A DNA stretch of 64,000 bases from Clostridia bacterium. Lineage in GTDB: Bacteria; Bacillota; Clostridia; TANB77; CAG-508. A program made the position numbers and the translations under genes. The stretch spans positions 3,228 to 67,227 of the forward strand of contig CAADYJ010000080.1 in the NCBI GenBank assembly GCA_900753245.1. Reading direction: 5' to 3'. Every line of letters starts with the position of its first letter. Position 1 is the first letter of the stretch. This document shows positions 1-11,800 of this stretch, piece by piece. The notes under the pieces are model-generated. The model saw only the letters and a program-made list of their open reading frames with translations, made no database searches and was not told the DNA's origin.

Positions 1-576
1 TGGTATTCTTGCTCCCATTTCTGTGAATTTTCTAGGATTTTTTAAGAATTCTACTATTTCTTCTAATTCTTCTTTTTCTTCATCTACACCTGCAACATCT
101 TTAAATGTTACCTTTGCTTTATCTTGTGGATTTATCATTTTTGCTCTATTTTTTCCAAATGTCATTGTTTTATTTCCACCATTTTGGTTTCCACTCATTA
201 GGAAGAACCAGAAGACAATAAATATAGCTAATATTCCAATTGGTGTAAGTAAACTTAATCCCATCATTAATATAGATTCAGACTTTTCTGTTACTTTTAC
301 ACTCTCTGTTTTCATTGATTCTTGTAAATTATCCATTAAACTTTCAATACTTGGTATATTTACTTCTTTTGGTGTATTATCGTTTTTTAATGTTACTTCT
401 GCACTTGTTCCTTTAGAGTCTATTTCTATTTCTTTTACTTCTCCTGCTTCTATTTTAGCAACTAATTCAGAATATGCTAATTTATTGTTAGAATTATCTA
501 ATATTGATGTCACTACAACAATAAATATTACTAAAATAATTAGCCACATTGCTAATGTTTTTATACTATTTTTCAA
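1..576 (-). CDS. ftsH: ATP-dependent zinc metalloprotease FtsH, N-terminal ~190 aa only. The gene runs off the window start. TTG start at 576 sits behind an AGGAGG RBS
   Basis: Minus-strand translation by hand gives [22 protein letters not shown]...[11 protein letters not shown]...[35 protein letters not shown]. This is the typical FtsH N-terminus: a TM segment, a periplasmic loop, a second TM, then the start of the AAA module. The ORF track only shows an antisense ORF here. The order tilS-(hpt)-ftsH matches Firmicutes synteny. Confidence 0.8.
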   Translation of the reverse strand, partial: MKNSIKTLAMWLIILVIFIVVVTSILDNSNNKLAYSELVAKIEAGEVKEIEIDSKGTSAEVTLKNDNTPKEVNIPSIESLMDNLQESMKTESVKVTEKSESILMMGLSLLTPIGILAIFIVFWFFLMSGNQNGGNKTMTFGKNRAKMINPQDKAKVTFKDVAGVDEEKEELEEIVEFLKNPRKFTEMGARIP

Positions 577-725
577 TTTGTTTTTCCTCCTTTTGGATAT
601 AAGTTATAATTTCACTTTTCCTGAAATATAACATATGAATATTTTATTTGCAAGTGTTTTTCATAAAGTTTTTTTGCTTCAATCCTTCTATTTTCAAGGT
701 TTTCTTACGGAACTTTATAATTTAA

Positions 726-1742
726 CTACATAATTTTTTTGAAAAAAATTTTTCCTTTATTTACAACAATTTTTATGTTTTTATTTGGTGTTAAAAATTT
801 ATTTCCAATATTATTTTCGCATAATTTTACAATGTCTGAAATATGTATTTTTCCAATGTTTTGGTGATTTTTTAAAAGTCTATTAATAGTATATAGCACA
901 AGCCTATTTTTTATTACTAATTCTTCTTCGTTAAACTTTCTCAAATCTAATATTATTTCTTCTTTGCCTTCTAATGCTTTATTCCCTAGCTTTTCTTCTA
1001 TTAATATTTTATTATATTCCATTTTAGTTTGATTTTGTATATACTCGTTTTCATTATAAGCAAGTTCTGATAGTCTATTTAACGTTACTATTATATTTGG
1101 ATTAAACTTTTCTTGTATAAAAGGTATTAATTCATTTCTTATTTTATTTCTTGTATAAATATTTTCTTTATTAGTTTTATCTTGTCTTGGATCTAATTGT
1201 TCTTTACTACAATATTCTTCAATTTCGTTTCTTTCACATTTTATTAAAGGTCTTATATATTTATTTTCTCTTTTTATTTCTATTCCTTTTAATCCTGCTG
1301 TTCCACTTCCCCTAATTATATTCATAAGAACTGTTTCTGCATTGTCATTTGCATTATGTGCAGTTGCTATTTTGCTAGCTTTAGTTTTTTCTAATACTTC
1401 TTCAAAAAATGAATATCTAAGTTTTCTTCCAGCTTCTTCAGTTCCTATCTTCTGTTTTTTTGCAAGTTCTTCTACTTTTTCTTTTTTTATATAACAAGGT
1501 ATTTCTCTGTTTTCACAAAATTTTTGTACAAACTCTGTTTCTTCATCTGCTTCTTTTCTTATTCCGTGATTTATATGTGCTACTACTATTTTGCAATCTA
1601 TTTTTCTATTTTTATTTAAATTATATAGTGAATTTAATAAAGCCATAGAGTCTGGTCCTCCAGACACTCCTATGACTATAGTATTTCCTTTTTCTATTAA
1701 TTCATACTTTTTGATTGTATTTAGTACTTTATCTTCTAACAT
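726..1742 (-). CDS. tilS: tRNA(Ile)-lysidine synthetase
   Basis: PP-loop motif GVSGGPDSMALL near the N-terminus; about 340 aa; lies upstream of ftsH as in Bacillus and Clostridium. Confidence 0.85.
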   Translation of the reverse strand: MLEDKVLNTIKKYELIEKGNTIVIGVSGGPDSMALLNSLYNLNKNRKIDCKIVVAHINHGIRKEADEETEFVQKFCENREIPCYIKKEKVEELAKKQKIGTEEAGRKLRYSFFEEVLEKTKASKIATAHNANDNAETVLMNIIRGSGTAGLKGIEIKRENKYIRPLIKCERNEIEEYCSKEQLDPRQDKTNKENIYTRNKIRNELIPFIQEKFNPNIIVTLNRLSELAYNENEYIQNQTKMEYNKILIEEKLGNKALEGKEEIILDLRKFNEEELVIKNRLVLYTINRLLKNHQNIGKIHISDIVKLCENNIGNKFLTPNKNIKIVVNKGKIFFKKIM

Positions 1743-1788
1743 TTTTACCTCTTATTGTGGCAAAAGGGTCACCCCTTTTTACCACTTT

Positions 1789-3120
1789 TTACTCTCTATA
1801 TTTTTCTATATTAGCAAATTTTGTGTAATTTCCAAGCCATAATAGCTCTACTGTTCCAGTTGAACCAGAACGATGTTTTGCAAGTATTACTTCTGCTATA
1901 TTTTTCTTTTCACTATCTTCGTTATAATAATCATCTCTATATAAAAACATAACAATATCAGCATCTTGTTCTATAGCTCCAGACTCACGAAGGTCAGATA
2001 GCATAGGTCTATGGTCTGGACGTTGTTCAGGTGCTCTAGATAGCTGTGATAAAGCTATTACAGGTACATTTATTTCTTTTGCTAATATTTTTAATGAACG
2101 ACTTATCTCTGAAATTTCCTGTTCACGAGAAGAACCTCTTTTTCCACTTCCTTGTACTAATTGTAAATAGTCAATAACTACTAATCCTATATTTTGTTCT
2201 AACTTTAGCTTTCTACATTTAGCACGTATCTCCATAATAGAAATGCCCGGCGTATCATCTATAAATATTTTTGATTCTGAAAGAGTTCCAGATGCTTCTG
2301 CAAGTTTTCCCCAATCATCATCATCTATTTTTCCTGTTCTTACCTTGTTACTATCTACCATTGCTTCACTACATAAAATACGATTTACCATCTGCTCTTT
2401 TGACATTTCTAAGCTAAATATTGCAACTGGTGTATTACCTCTAGTTGCAGCATATGATGCTATATTTAATGCAAAAGCAGATTTTCCCATAGCTGGTCTT
2501 GCAGCAACTAATATTAGGTCTGAATTATGAAGTCCTGCTGTTTTATAGTCCAAATCTGCAAAACCTGTAGGTACCCCTGTTATGTGTTGTTTTTGATTAT
2601 ACAATTGCTCTAATTGTGTGAATGTATCTACAAGTACATCTTTTATAGATGCATATCCCTTTTGATTTCTAGATTGTATTGTATCAAATATTCTCTTTTC
2701 TGCTTGGTCCATTAACATGTCTACTTCTTGAGTCTCATCATAACCTAATTTTATAATATCATTTGCTGTTTTTATTAAATTTCTAAGTAATGATTTTTCT
2801 TCTACTATTTTTATGTATTTTTCGACATTAGCAGTTGTTGGTACTTTATCTGGTAATTCTGCTAAATATTCTAGTCCTCCTACTGCTTCTAGCTTTCCAA
2901 GAGATGAAAGTTCTGATTTTAGTGTAATAATATCTACTGGCTCTGCACGATTATATAAATTTAGTATTGCACCATATATTGTTTTATTATCTTCTCTATA
3001 AAAATCTTCTTCTTTTAGTACTTCTATTGCAGATATAATTGCATCTTTGTCTGTAAGCATACTTCCTATAACTGCTTGTTCAGCTTCAGTATCATGTGGT
3101 GGCACTTTTCCTACTTCCAT
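1789..3120 (-). CDS. dnaB: replicative DNA helicase (DnaB family)
   Basis: 443 aa. N-terminal DnaB domain (AEQAVIGSML), Walker A GARPAMGKSAFALN, and the IDYLQLV and RDDYY motifs. Synteny rplI-dnaB. Confidence 0.9.
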   Translation of the reverse strand: MEVGKVPPHDTEAEQAVIGSMLTDKDAIISAIEVLKEEDFYREDNKTIYGAILNLYNRAEPVDIITLKSELSSLGKLEAVGGLEYLAELPDKVPTTANVEKYIKIVEEKSLLRNLIKTANDIIKLGYDETQEVDMLMDQAEKRIFDTIQSRNQKGYASIKDVLVDTFTQLEQLYNQKQHITGVPTGFADLDYKTAGLHNSDLILVAARPAMGKSAFALNIASYAATRGNTPVAIFSLEMSKEQMVNRILCSEAMVDSNKVRTGKIDDDDWGKLAEASGTLSESKIFIDDTPGISIMEIRAKCRKLKLEQNIGLVVIDYLQLVQGSGKRGSSREQEISEISRSLKILAKEINVPVIALSQLSRAPEQRPDHRPMLSDLRESGAIEQDADIVMFLYRDDYYNEDSEKKNIAEVILAKHRSGSTGTVELLWLGNYTKFANIEKYRE

Positions 3121-3167
3121 AAAATTTCTCCCTTTTTTCTAAACTAAAATGATTCGTCCCTATTAGT

Positions 3168-3614
3168 TTAGTCAGCAATAATTTGGACTTTTAGTTTTCC
3201 TATAACTCCTTCATATAGTTTTATTTCTACAGTTAGTATTCCTAAGTTTTTTATTGTTTCTGCTAATATTATTTTTTTCTTATCTACTTCTATTTGATAT
3301 TGTTTTTTTAAATTTTCGGCTATTTCTTTAGATGTAACTCCTCCAAATATTTTTCCGTTTTCTCCTGCTTTTACTTTTATTACTAATGCTAAATCTTTTA
3401 TTTTATTTGCTAACTTTGTAGCTTCTTCTTTTTCTACATCTTTTCTATATTGATTTGATTCTTGCTTTGCTTTTAAATTTCCTAAGTTTCCTGCATTTGC
3501 TTCTACTGCTAATTTTTTAGGAAATAAATAATTTCTAGCATAACCATCATTTGCATTTATTATCTGTTCTTTTTTTCCTACACCTTTAATATCTTGTAAT
3601 AATATAACTTTCAT
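3168..3614 (-). CDS. rplI: 50S ribosomal protein L9
   Basis: [36 protein letters not shown] is the classic L9 N-terminus; 148 aa. Confidence 0.9.
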   Translation of the reverse strand: MKVILLQDIKGVGKKEQIINANDGYARNYLFPKKLAVEANAGNLGNLKAKQESNQYRKDVEKEEATKLANKIKDLALVIKVKAGENGKIFGGVTSKEIAENLKKQYQIEVDKKKIILAETIKNLGILTVEIKLYEGVIGKLKVQIIAD

Positions 3615-3769
3615 TTTATTTACCTCCTTAAGTAGTATGATTATATCACAATTTTACAGTAATAGGAATAGTTTTATCAACTTTTTAAAGTGTTTTTTTT
3701 ATTTAACTAAATATAAAAGAATTACCCCAGAAGTACCAGGTACTTTTGGGGTAATTTAAAATTTAAAAA

Positions 3770-4090
3770 TTATTTATTTAATGTTTTTTTAAATATGTTT
3801 CTTGTTAAATCACTTATAACTGGTAATTCATAATCTTCTTCTTTGTAAGCTTTTACCATACCAATTATTAATAATACAGACATAAGTATACTAATTATAC
3901 TTCCAATAAATCCTACATATGGGATATATCTTAATACTATTGATACTATAAGTCCACCTGCTGAAATTACTATTGATTGACAAGCATTGAATTTTGTTCT
4001 GTCATCATTATCTTTAAGTGCTAATAATACAACTAGCCCTCCAACCCATCCAAATAGGTATGCAAGTAGTCCTCTTATTTTTTGCTCCAT
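3770..4090 (-). CDS. small membrane protein, DUF4870-like
   Basis: 106 aa with the LAYLFGWVGGLVVL...KFNACQS pattern and 2-3 TM helices. The family assignment is from memory only. Confidence 0.45.
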   Translation of the reverse strand: MEQKIRGLLAYLFGWVGGLVVLLALKDNDDRTKFNACQSIVISAGGLIVSIVLRYIPYVGFIGSIISILMSVLLIIGMVKAYKEEDYELPVISDLTRNIFKKTLNK

Positions 4091-4171
4091 TTTTTTCTCC
4101 TCCTTTTATTTAATATATATTAATATTACATATATAATATTATTTAAACATATAATTTGTGTTTTGTCCAC

Positions 4172-6205
4172 TTAATTTGCTATTTCACTAAAATATTCAT
4201 TTATTCTTATTATTAGTTCTTGTTTTACTTCTTCTATTGTCATTCCTTCTACTTGAGCTCCTGCAAGAGTTATATGTCCTCCACCTCCAAGTTTTTCTAA
4301 GATTAGTTGGACATTTATATCTCCTATCGAACGACCACTTATGCATATTTTATTTCCTAGGTTTCCTATAACAAATGACGCTGTAATATCACTTATTGTT
4401 AATAGTTCGTCTGCCGCTTTAGCACATATAACATTGCTGTTACTATCTGCTTTATCATATACAGATATTCCTATTGTATCATTTGTTATTTCTGCATTAG
4501 CTACTATTTCTGATATTTTGTTGTATGTTTCTAAATCACTTTGGAACCATTTTTTTACTTTTATTATATCTACTCCACATTTTCTTAAATATGCAGCTGC
4601 TTCAAATGTTCTTACTCCTGTTTTAAATGTAAAGTTTTTTGTGTCCATCATAATTCCTGCATACAATCCTTCTGTTTCTAATTGTGTTAAATTAATTTCA
4701 TTTTCTGAATATTCTAATAGTTCAGTTACTAGTTCACAGGCAGATGATGCATATACTTCATGGAATGTAAGTATAGAATTTTCTATAAAGTCTGTGCTTC
4801 TTCTATGATGATCTATAACAACAATTTTATTTGTTTTTTCTAATAATTCTGGTACTTCAACATATGTTGTTTTATGTGTATCTACTACTACTAGTAAAGT
4901 TTCCTTTGTTATTATATTTATTGCTTTTTCTTTGTTTATAATTATATCTTTATATTCTTCTTCACTTTTGGCTGCTTCTATAAAATTGTCTACACTAAAT
5001 CCTGATGTATTATTTACTACATAAGCTTGTCTTCCTATTGTTTTTGCTAATCTATAAATACCAAAACATGAACCCATAGCGTCTATATCACTGTTTGTAT
5101 GTCCCATTACAATTACTTGGTCTGCTTCTTGCATTAATTCTTCTAAAGCGTGTGCTACAATTCTTGCTTTTACTTTTGTTCTTTTTTCTAATTCTTGAGT
5201 TCTTCCTCCAAAGAATGTATATTTTCCGTCTTTTCTAAGAACTGCTTGGTCTCCACCTCTACCTAATGCAATGTCTATAGTAGCTTGTGCTGATTTATAT
5301 TTTTCGTAATTTGAATCTCCTTCAGTTGATATTGCAATACTTAATGTTGATTGTATTTTTCCTGGTATTGAAATTTCTTTTATTTTGTCTAATATATTGA
5401 ATTTTTCCTCTTCTAACTTTTCAATATATTTTTGCTCTAATATAATAATAAATGTATCTCTTTCAGATTTTATTATTAATCCTTCAAATTCTGTTGCCCA
5501 GTCATATAAGTTTCTTTCTATTTGTGCAATTAACCCTGGTCTATCTTCGTCTGAAACCCTTTGCATTATTTCATCATAATTGTCTATCATAATGATTCCA
5601 ACACATAATTTAGAATCTTTATATTTTTTTTCTAATTCTACGTCTTTTGTTTCATCTATAAAGTAAAGGGTTGTCATATATTCGGTTTCTTTTTTCTTAT
5701 CCTTTTCTTTAGATTTAACATATTCTCCTAATATTTTATAATTTTTGTCTCCTATTTTTATTTGCTTATATATTAGTTCTTTTAGTTCTCTTTTATTTTC
5801 TTCGCTACTATTTTCTATTTCTAGTTTTATTTCTTTTACTATGTTATTTAAATAATTGTTTATATCAATGTTTGCAAATTCATGTATAAATTTTGAACTT
5901 TTCCAAATGATATTTCCATCTGTTTCTATTATTACTAATGGGAAAGGTGAATTAATTAGAGTACTTTTCGCAGCATTATCTACTGTCAAAGTTAAATCTT
6001 TAATATGTTCTGATAGTTCAGCTTTTCTTCTATTGTTTGTCCAGTATGCATACATAATTACTAAAACATATAAAATTATTGATGGTGTAATAAAGTTAAT
6101 TTCATAACAGCATAATGCAATTAATAAAACAGCTATAATAACTAAATATATTTTTGTTTTTGATACTAACTTATTAAATAATTTTCTATTTGTATTATTC
6201 GGCAT
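4172..6205 (-). CDS. gdpP: cyclic-di-AMP phosphodiesterase GdpP (2 TM + PAS-like + degenerate GGDEF + DHH/DHHA1)
   Basis: 677 aa. Two N-terminal TM helices, a DHH motif (VVIDHH), DHHA1 GGGGH (LGGGGHITLAG), and the conserved yybT/gdpP-rplI-dnaB neighbourhood. Confidence 0.8.
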   Translation of the reverse strand: MPNNTNRKLFNKLVSKTKIYLVIIAVLLIALCCYEINFITPSIILYVLVIMYAYWTNNRRKAELSEHIKDLTLTVDNAAKSTLINSPFPLVIIETDGNIIWKSSKFIHEFANIDINNYLNNIVKEIKLEIENSSEENKRELKELIYKQIKIGDKNYKILGEYVKSKEKDKKKETEYMTTLYFIDETKDVELEKKYKDSKLCVGIIMIDNYDEIMQRVSDEDRPGLIAQIERNLYDWATEFEGLIIKSERDTFIIILEQKYIEKLEEEKFNILDKIKEISIPGKIQSTLSIAISTEGDSNYEKYKSAQATIDIALGRGGDQAVLRKDGKYTFFGGRTQELEKRTKVKARIVAHALEELMQEADQVIVMGHTNSDIDAMGSCFGIYRLAKTIGRQAYVVNNTSGFSVDNFIEAAKSEEEYKDIIINKEKAINIITKETLLVVVDTHKTTYVEVPELLEKTNKIVVIDHHRRSTDFIENSILTFHEVYASSACELVTELLEYSENEINLTQLETEGLYAGIMMDTKNFTFKTGVRTFEAAAYLRKCGVDIIKVKKWFQSDLETYNKISEIVANAEITNDTIGISVYDKADSNSNVICAKAADELLTISDITASFVIGNLGNKICISGRSIGDINVQLILEKLGGGGHITLAGAQVEGMTIEEVKQELIIRINEYFSEIAN

Positions 6206-6280
6206 AAATATCTCCCTTTTTTATTTGAATACTTTATCTATTTTACTATTTTTACCCTATTTTGTCAAATTTAACGCCTC

Positions 6281-7564
6281 TTATTTCCTTATTCTTTCCA
6301 TTATTTTCCTGCATTTTTCAAAAACTTCTTTTTCATCTTTTTTTATTTTTCTACTTTCCATTAGTATGTTTCCGTTTATTATTGTTGTTTCTACATTTGT
6401 TCCTTTTGCATTATATACTATGTCTGAGACTATATCATTTACAGGATTTGTTACCACATCATTTAAATTCAATATTATTATATCTGCTATTTTTCCCTCT
6501 TGTAAACTTCCTATTTTATCTTCTAAATTTAGAGCTTTTGCGCCATTTATTGTAGCCATCTTTAAAACTTCATACGCTGGCATACTTACTGCATTTTCTT
6601 GTATTCCTTTTTGAAGTAAAGCTGTAAACTTCATTGTTTCGAATAAGTCTAAATTACTTCCACTTCCTTGTCCATCTGTACCTAATGAAACATTAATATT
6701 ATTTTCTATCATTTCATTTATATTTGCAATTCCACATCCTAATTTTAAGTTACTTACTGGGCAATGAGAAACACTTATATTTAATTTTGAAAGTCTTTTT
6801 ATATCTTCTTTAGACAATTTTACGCAATGAGCTAGAATTGATTTTACTCCTATAAATTCTTTTTCTAATATATCTATTGGATTTTCTTTATATATATTTT
6901 TTATATCTTCTACTTCTTTTTTATTTTCACAGAAATGCATGTGTACTAAAAGTTCTTTTTCTTTTGCAAATTCAATACACTTTTCCACATATTGTAGATT
7001 TGTTGTGTATAATCCATGTATTCCTGCATTAAAAGTAATTAATTCATTCTTATTTCTATATTTTTCTAGTAATTCATCTAATTCTTTTAGTCTTTGTATT
7101 CCATCTTCTTCATTCATGTTCATTAATGTTCTAGTTGTCTGTAATCTTATTCCTGTATCTATTGCTGCATTTATAATATCATCTGTCATAAAATACATAT
7201 CATTTATAGTTGTACATCCGGTCTTTATCATTTCTATAAAGGATAGTTTTGAACCATAATATATGTCACTTTCTGTTAATTTATCTTCCATTGGCCATAT
7301 TTTCTTTTCTAACCAATCTTGTAAATTATAGCCATCTAATGTTTCTCTAAATATGCTCATTGGAACATGACTATGTGTATTTATTAGCCCTGGCATAACT
7401 ATTTTTCCTGTTGCATCTATTACTTTTTCTTCACTATCAGATTCTATATTTTTAGCAATTTGGGTAATTTTATTATCCGTTATTTCTATGTCTACATTTT
7501 TTTCTATTTTTTCTCTTTCTTCATTCATTGAAATAAGCGTAGCATTTTTTATTAATATTTTCAT
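6281..7564 (-). CDS. amidohydrolase of the MtaD/SsnA/chlorohydrolase family (5'-methylthioadenosine/SAH deaminase-like)
   Basis: 427 aa. Metal-binding HSH (LINTHSHVPMS), HxH...HC and D motifs typical of the guanine-deaminase/MtaD amidohydrolases. Confidence 0.7.
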   Translation of the reverse strand: MKILIKNATLISMNEEREKIEKNVDIEITDNKITQIAKNIESDSEEKVIDATGKIVMPGLINTHSHVPMSIFRETLDGYNLQDWLEKKIWPMEDKLTESDIYYGSKLSFIEMIKTGCTTINDMYFMTDDIINAAIDTGIRLQTTRTLMNMNEEDGIQRLKELDELLEKYRNKNELITFNAGIHGLYTTNLQYVEKCIEFAKEKELLVHMHFCENKKEVEDIKNIYKENPIDILEKEFIGVKSILAHCVKLSKEDIKRLSKLNISVSHCPVSNLKLGCGIANINEMIENNINVSLGTDGQGSGSNLDLFETMKFTALLQKGIQENAVSMPAYEVLKMATINGAKALNLEDKIGSLQEGKIADIIILNLNDVVTNPVNDIVSDIVYNAKGTNVETTIINGNILMESRKIKKDEKEVFEKCRKIMERIRK

Positions 7565-7643
7565 ATGGCTCTCCTTTTATTTATTAGTATCCATTTTTTC
7601 TTGTATTTTATTTAGATATTTTTATAACATTCTCTTTGCATTT

Positions 7644-8532
7644 TTATAAATTGTTTATTTCAGTTTTAGATAAACCTGTAATTGATAGGATACTTTCTAT
7701 ATCCATTCCTTTATTTTTCATTTTTTTAGCTATTTCCATTTTTTCTTTTTTTCTTCCGCTTTTGCATTCCGCTTTTGCATTCCGTTTTTCCATTCCGTTT
7801 TTCCATTCCGTTTTTCCATTCCGTCTTCTTAAACCTTCTTTTTGTGCATAGTTTAATCTAGAATTTTCCTCTAATTGTGCAGACAACCTATATTCATAAA
7901 GTTCCCTTACTTCTTCATTTGCTAATAATTCTTCTAACTCTTCTACTGCTTCTTTTATTATTTTATCTTTTTCTTTAGCCATTTCAATCAACTCCCCCTT
8001 TCCATCGATTAAGGCTAACCAACACTCTAATTTATTTGCTAATCTTGGTCTTTCTTTTCTGAACTTTGGTAATTCTATAAAATAATATGTTATATCTTTT
8101 ATTATTTCGTACTCTCTATGCTTGTCTGCTACTGTTACAGTTTTTGTACAATACTCTGGCAATTCTAACATATTATAATTTAAAATATTTATTAATATAA
8201 CAGGTTTTAGTGTAATATAATCTTCATTTTTTGCCATTTGCTCTGCTATCAATTTACCACCATAAAATTCGCTTCTTTTATCCATATTTTTGTTATCTCG
8301 TAATTGCATCTCAATGTCTATTATTTTGCTTTTATTTATTGTAGCTTTTATATCTATCCTTCCTGCTTTTTCTTCTTTTGTAAGCTTAATTAGGCTTACT
8401 TCTCCGTATGATTTCTATTTTATCAATTTTCTCCTTTAATAAAGCTTCTAGGAAGCTTTTTAAATATTTTTCGTTGCCTTTTTTAGTAAAAAAAGCCTTA
8501 AATACAATATCATTTTTTAAATTAAGTTCCAT
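7644..8532 (-). pseudogene. Rpn-family (YhgA-like, PD-(D/E)XK) recombination-promoting nuclease / putative transposase, frameshifted
   Basis: The C-terminal 221-aa ORF (7644-8309) aligns to the intact paralogue at 45567-46568. This covers ...IDIEMQLRDNK... through to the conserved C-terminal ...ITGLSKTEINNL. An N-terminal piece (MELNLKNDIVFKAFFTKKGNEKYLKSFLEALLKEKIDKIEI, ATG at 8532) lies in another frame. It ends at a TAA near 8390, and the continuing frame (SLIKLTKEEKAGRIDIKATINKSKIIDIEMQ...) is open across that point. This places a ±1 frameshift near 8385-8400. Confidence 0.7.
7754..7831. repeat. Six tandem copies of a 13-nt unit (ATTCCG[C/T]TTTT[G/C]C) inside the Rpn pseudogene coding region
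   Basis: Read directly: cttccgcttttgc attccgcttttgc attccgtttttcc x3 attccgtcttctt. The unit length is not a multiple of 3. Three units (39 nt) restore the frame, so the protein shows a 13-aa periodicity. Confidence 0.8.
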
Positions 8533-8830
8533 CTATTACTTCCTTTCTAATATTAGCATGCATGTCAAAAAAGCACAATACATATATAATAAAAATTTGT
8601 TTTTCTTACTTAATTCAAAAAAGCTTTTTTTACCTCCTTTACTTAAATTTTTATAATACATTAACATTTATATTTTTTGGGAAATATTAGATTTAAAGAT
8701 AATTTCACAAAATATTTGAATTAACTTGTTTGATTCTTTATTTAGATTTAAATTGAATTAAATAAGATAGAAATATTATATCATTTTTTTCGATTTTGTA
8801 AATAGTTTTATGTAAATATAATAACATTTA

Positions 8831-8867
8831 AAAAGTAGTTTAAGAAAATTTTTCTTAAACTACTTTT
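8831..8867 (-). terminator. Rho-independent terminator downstream of rpoC
   Basis: Near-perfect inverted repeat AAAAGTAGTTTAAGAAAA / TTTTCTTAAACTACTTTT lies immediately 3' of the rpoC stop. A T-rich tract follows on the minus strand. Confidence 0.6.
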
Positions 8868-8873
8868 TGCTTA

Positions 8874-11800
8874 TTATTCTTCACTAGCTGTTTGTTCTTC
8901 AGTATTTTCTACTGTTTCCTCTCTTACTTCATTTTGTTCTGTGCTAATGTGTGTATTTCTATATTTAGCAAGTCCTGTTCCAGCTGGAATTAATTTACCT
9001 ATAATAACATTCTCTTTTAGTCCTATTAATTCATCAACTTTTCCTTTAATTGCTGCTTCTGTTAATACTCTTGTTGTTTCTTGGAAAGATGCTGCAGATA
9101 AGAAACTATCTGTTGCAAGTGATGCTTTTGTAATACCAAGAAGTACACGTTTTCCTGTTGCAGGACGTTTTCCTTCTTCTATTGCTTTTTTGTTTATGTC
9201 TTCAAATTCATACATATCAACTAATGAACCTGCAAACATTGGTGTTTCTCCATTATCTTCAACTCTTACTTTCTTAAGCATTTGTCTACCAATAACTTCA
9301 ATATGTTTATCATTAATATCAACACCTTGATTTCTATATACTTTTTGTACTTCTTGTACTAAATAATTATATACTCCTTCTGGTCCTTTTATTAATAATA
9401 ATTCATTTGGATTTATAGATCCTTCTGTTAAAGGCTGTCCTGCTACTACTTCGTCACCATCTTTTACTCTTAGTTTAGATCCAAATGGTATAACATATGC
9501 TTTACTATCATCTTTAGAAGTAACATTAACTGTTTTTCTCTTCTTATCTTCTGATATTTTAACAGTTCCGTCAATTTCAGAAATAATTGCAAGTCCCTTT
9601 GGTTTTCTAGCTTCAAATAACTCTTCAACCCTTGGAAGACCTTGAGTAATATCGGCAACACCAGCAACACCACCAGAGTGAATAGTTCTCATTGTAAGCT
9701 GTGTACCAGGCTCACCAATTGATTGTGCTGCAATAATTCCGATAGCTTCACCAATATTAACTTCTTCATGTGTAGATAATCCCATTCCATAACATTTTGA
9801 ACATACTCCGTTTTTTGTTCTACATCCAAATACGCTACGTACTTTAACCGTTTCAATTCCTGCATCAACTATTGCATCTGCAATTTTTTCATTAATCATT
9901 GTGTTTGTATCTACTATAAGCTCTTTAGTTTCTGGATTTACTATATTCTCTAATGGATAACGTCCAATTAATCTTTCTTGTAAGCTTTCTATAACTTGAT
10001 TTCCATCTTTAATTGCTGTTAATTCAATTCCATCATGTGTTCCGCAATCATGTTCTCTAACAATAATATCTTGAGAAACATCAACTAATCTTCTTGTTAA
10101 GTATCCAGAGTCAGCTGTTCTTAAAGCTGTATCAGATAAACCTTTACGAGCACCATGAGCAGAGATAAAGTATTCTAGAGCATCTAGACCCTCTCTGAAT
10201 GATGATTTAATTGGTATTTCAACTGTTTTACCAGTAGTACTTGCCATAAGTCCACGCATACCTGCAATTTGTTTTAATTGGTCTAAGTTACCACGGGCAC
10301 CAGAGTCAGACATCATAAACATTGGGTTTAATTGTGTAAATGTATCTTTCATTGCATTTTTTACATCATCTGTTGCTTTTTCCCAAATTTTAATTACTGA
10401 TTGATATCTTTCTTCTTCTGTTATTAAACCACGTTTATATTTCTTTAATATATTATCAACGTCAGCTTGTGCTTGTGCTAAAATTTCTTTTTTAGCTTCT
10501 GGTACTTTAACGTCTTCGATTGAAACTGTAATACCACCTGTTGTTGAATATTTGAAACCTGTCGATTTAATGTAGTCTAATAATTCTGCTGAACGGCTTA
10601 ATCCATATTGATTTATACTCTTTTCAACTATTTTTCCTAATTTCTTTTTATTTACAACAAAGTTGATTTCTGGTTCAAATTCGTTTTCTGGATTTGTTCT
10701 ATCTACAAATCCTAAGTCTTGTGGAATTCCTTTATTGTAGATTATTCTACCAACTGTAGTTTCTACTTTTTTATGTCTTTCATTTCCTTCTTCATCTACT
10801 TTTACCATACGAACAAATACTTTTGCATGCATTCCAACTTCTTTGTTTTCATATGCAATTATTGCTTCTTCTGGTGATGAGAAGTAATTTCCTTCACCTT
10901 TTTCCCCTTGAACTTCCATTGTTAAGTAGTAACTTCCTAAAATCATATCTTGTGTAGGTATTGTTACTGGTTTACCATCTTGTGGTTTTAATAAGTTATT
11001 TACAGATAACATTAAGTATCTTGCTTCTGCTTGAGCTTCTGGTGATAATGGAACGTGAATTGCCATTTGGTCACCATCGAAATCAGCATTGAAAGCTGTA
11101 CATACTAATGGGTGTAATTTTATAGCTCTACCTTCTACTAAAACTGGTTCAAATGCTTGAATACCAAGTCTATGAAGTGTAGGAGCACGGTTTAACATTA
11201 CTGGATGGTCTTTAATTACATCTTCTAATATATCCCATACTTCTGGACGTAATCTTTCTACCATTCTCTTTGCATTTTTAATGTTGTGTGCTATTCCTCT
11301 TCCTACTAATTCTTTCATAACAAATGGTTTGAATAATTCTACTGCCATTTCTTTTGGAAGACCACATTGATATAATTTAAGTTCTGGTCCTACAACGATA
11401 ACTGAACGTCCTGAATAGTCAACACGTTTTCCAAGTAAGTTTTGACGGAAACGTCCTTGTTTTCCTTTAAGCATATCTGATAATGATTTTAAAGGTCTAT
11501 TTCCAGCACCTGTTACAGGTCTACCTCTTCTTGAGTTATCTATTAATGCATCTACTGATTCTTGTAGCATTCTTTTTTCGTTTCTTTTAATAATTTCTGG
11601 TGCTCCAAGTTCAATTAATCTTTTTAAACGATTATTTCTGTTTATTACTCTTCTATATAAATCGTTTAAGTCAGATGTTGCAAATCTACCACCGTCTAAT
11701 TGAACCATTGGTCTTAATTCTGGTGGAATAACTGGAACAACATTCATTATCATCCATTCTGGTCTATTTCCAGATAATCTAAAAGATTCTACTGTATCTA

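Noticed and set aside
23-631. 202-aa plus-strand ORF at the window start
   Set aside because: Antisense to a clear FtsH N-terminus on the minus strand. Low-complexity F/S/I-rich translation typical of reverse-strand reading of AT-rich genes.
1755-1785. Small GGG/CCC hairpin (aaaagggtcacccctttt) between dnaB and tilS
   Set aside because: The stem has only 3 G:C pairs and lacks a convincing U-tract on the transcribed strand. The genes are probably co-transcribed.
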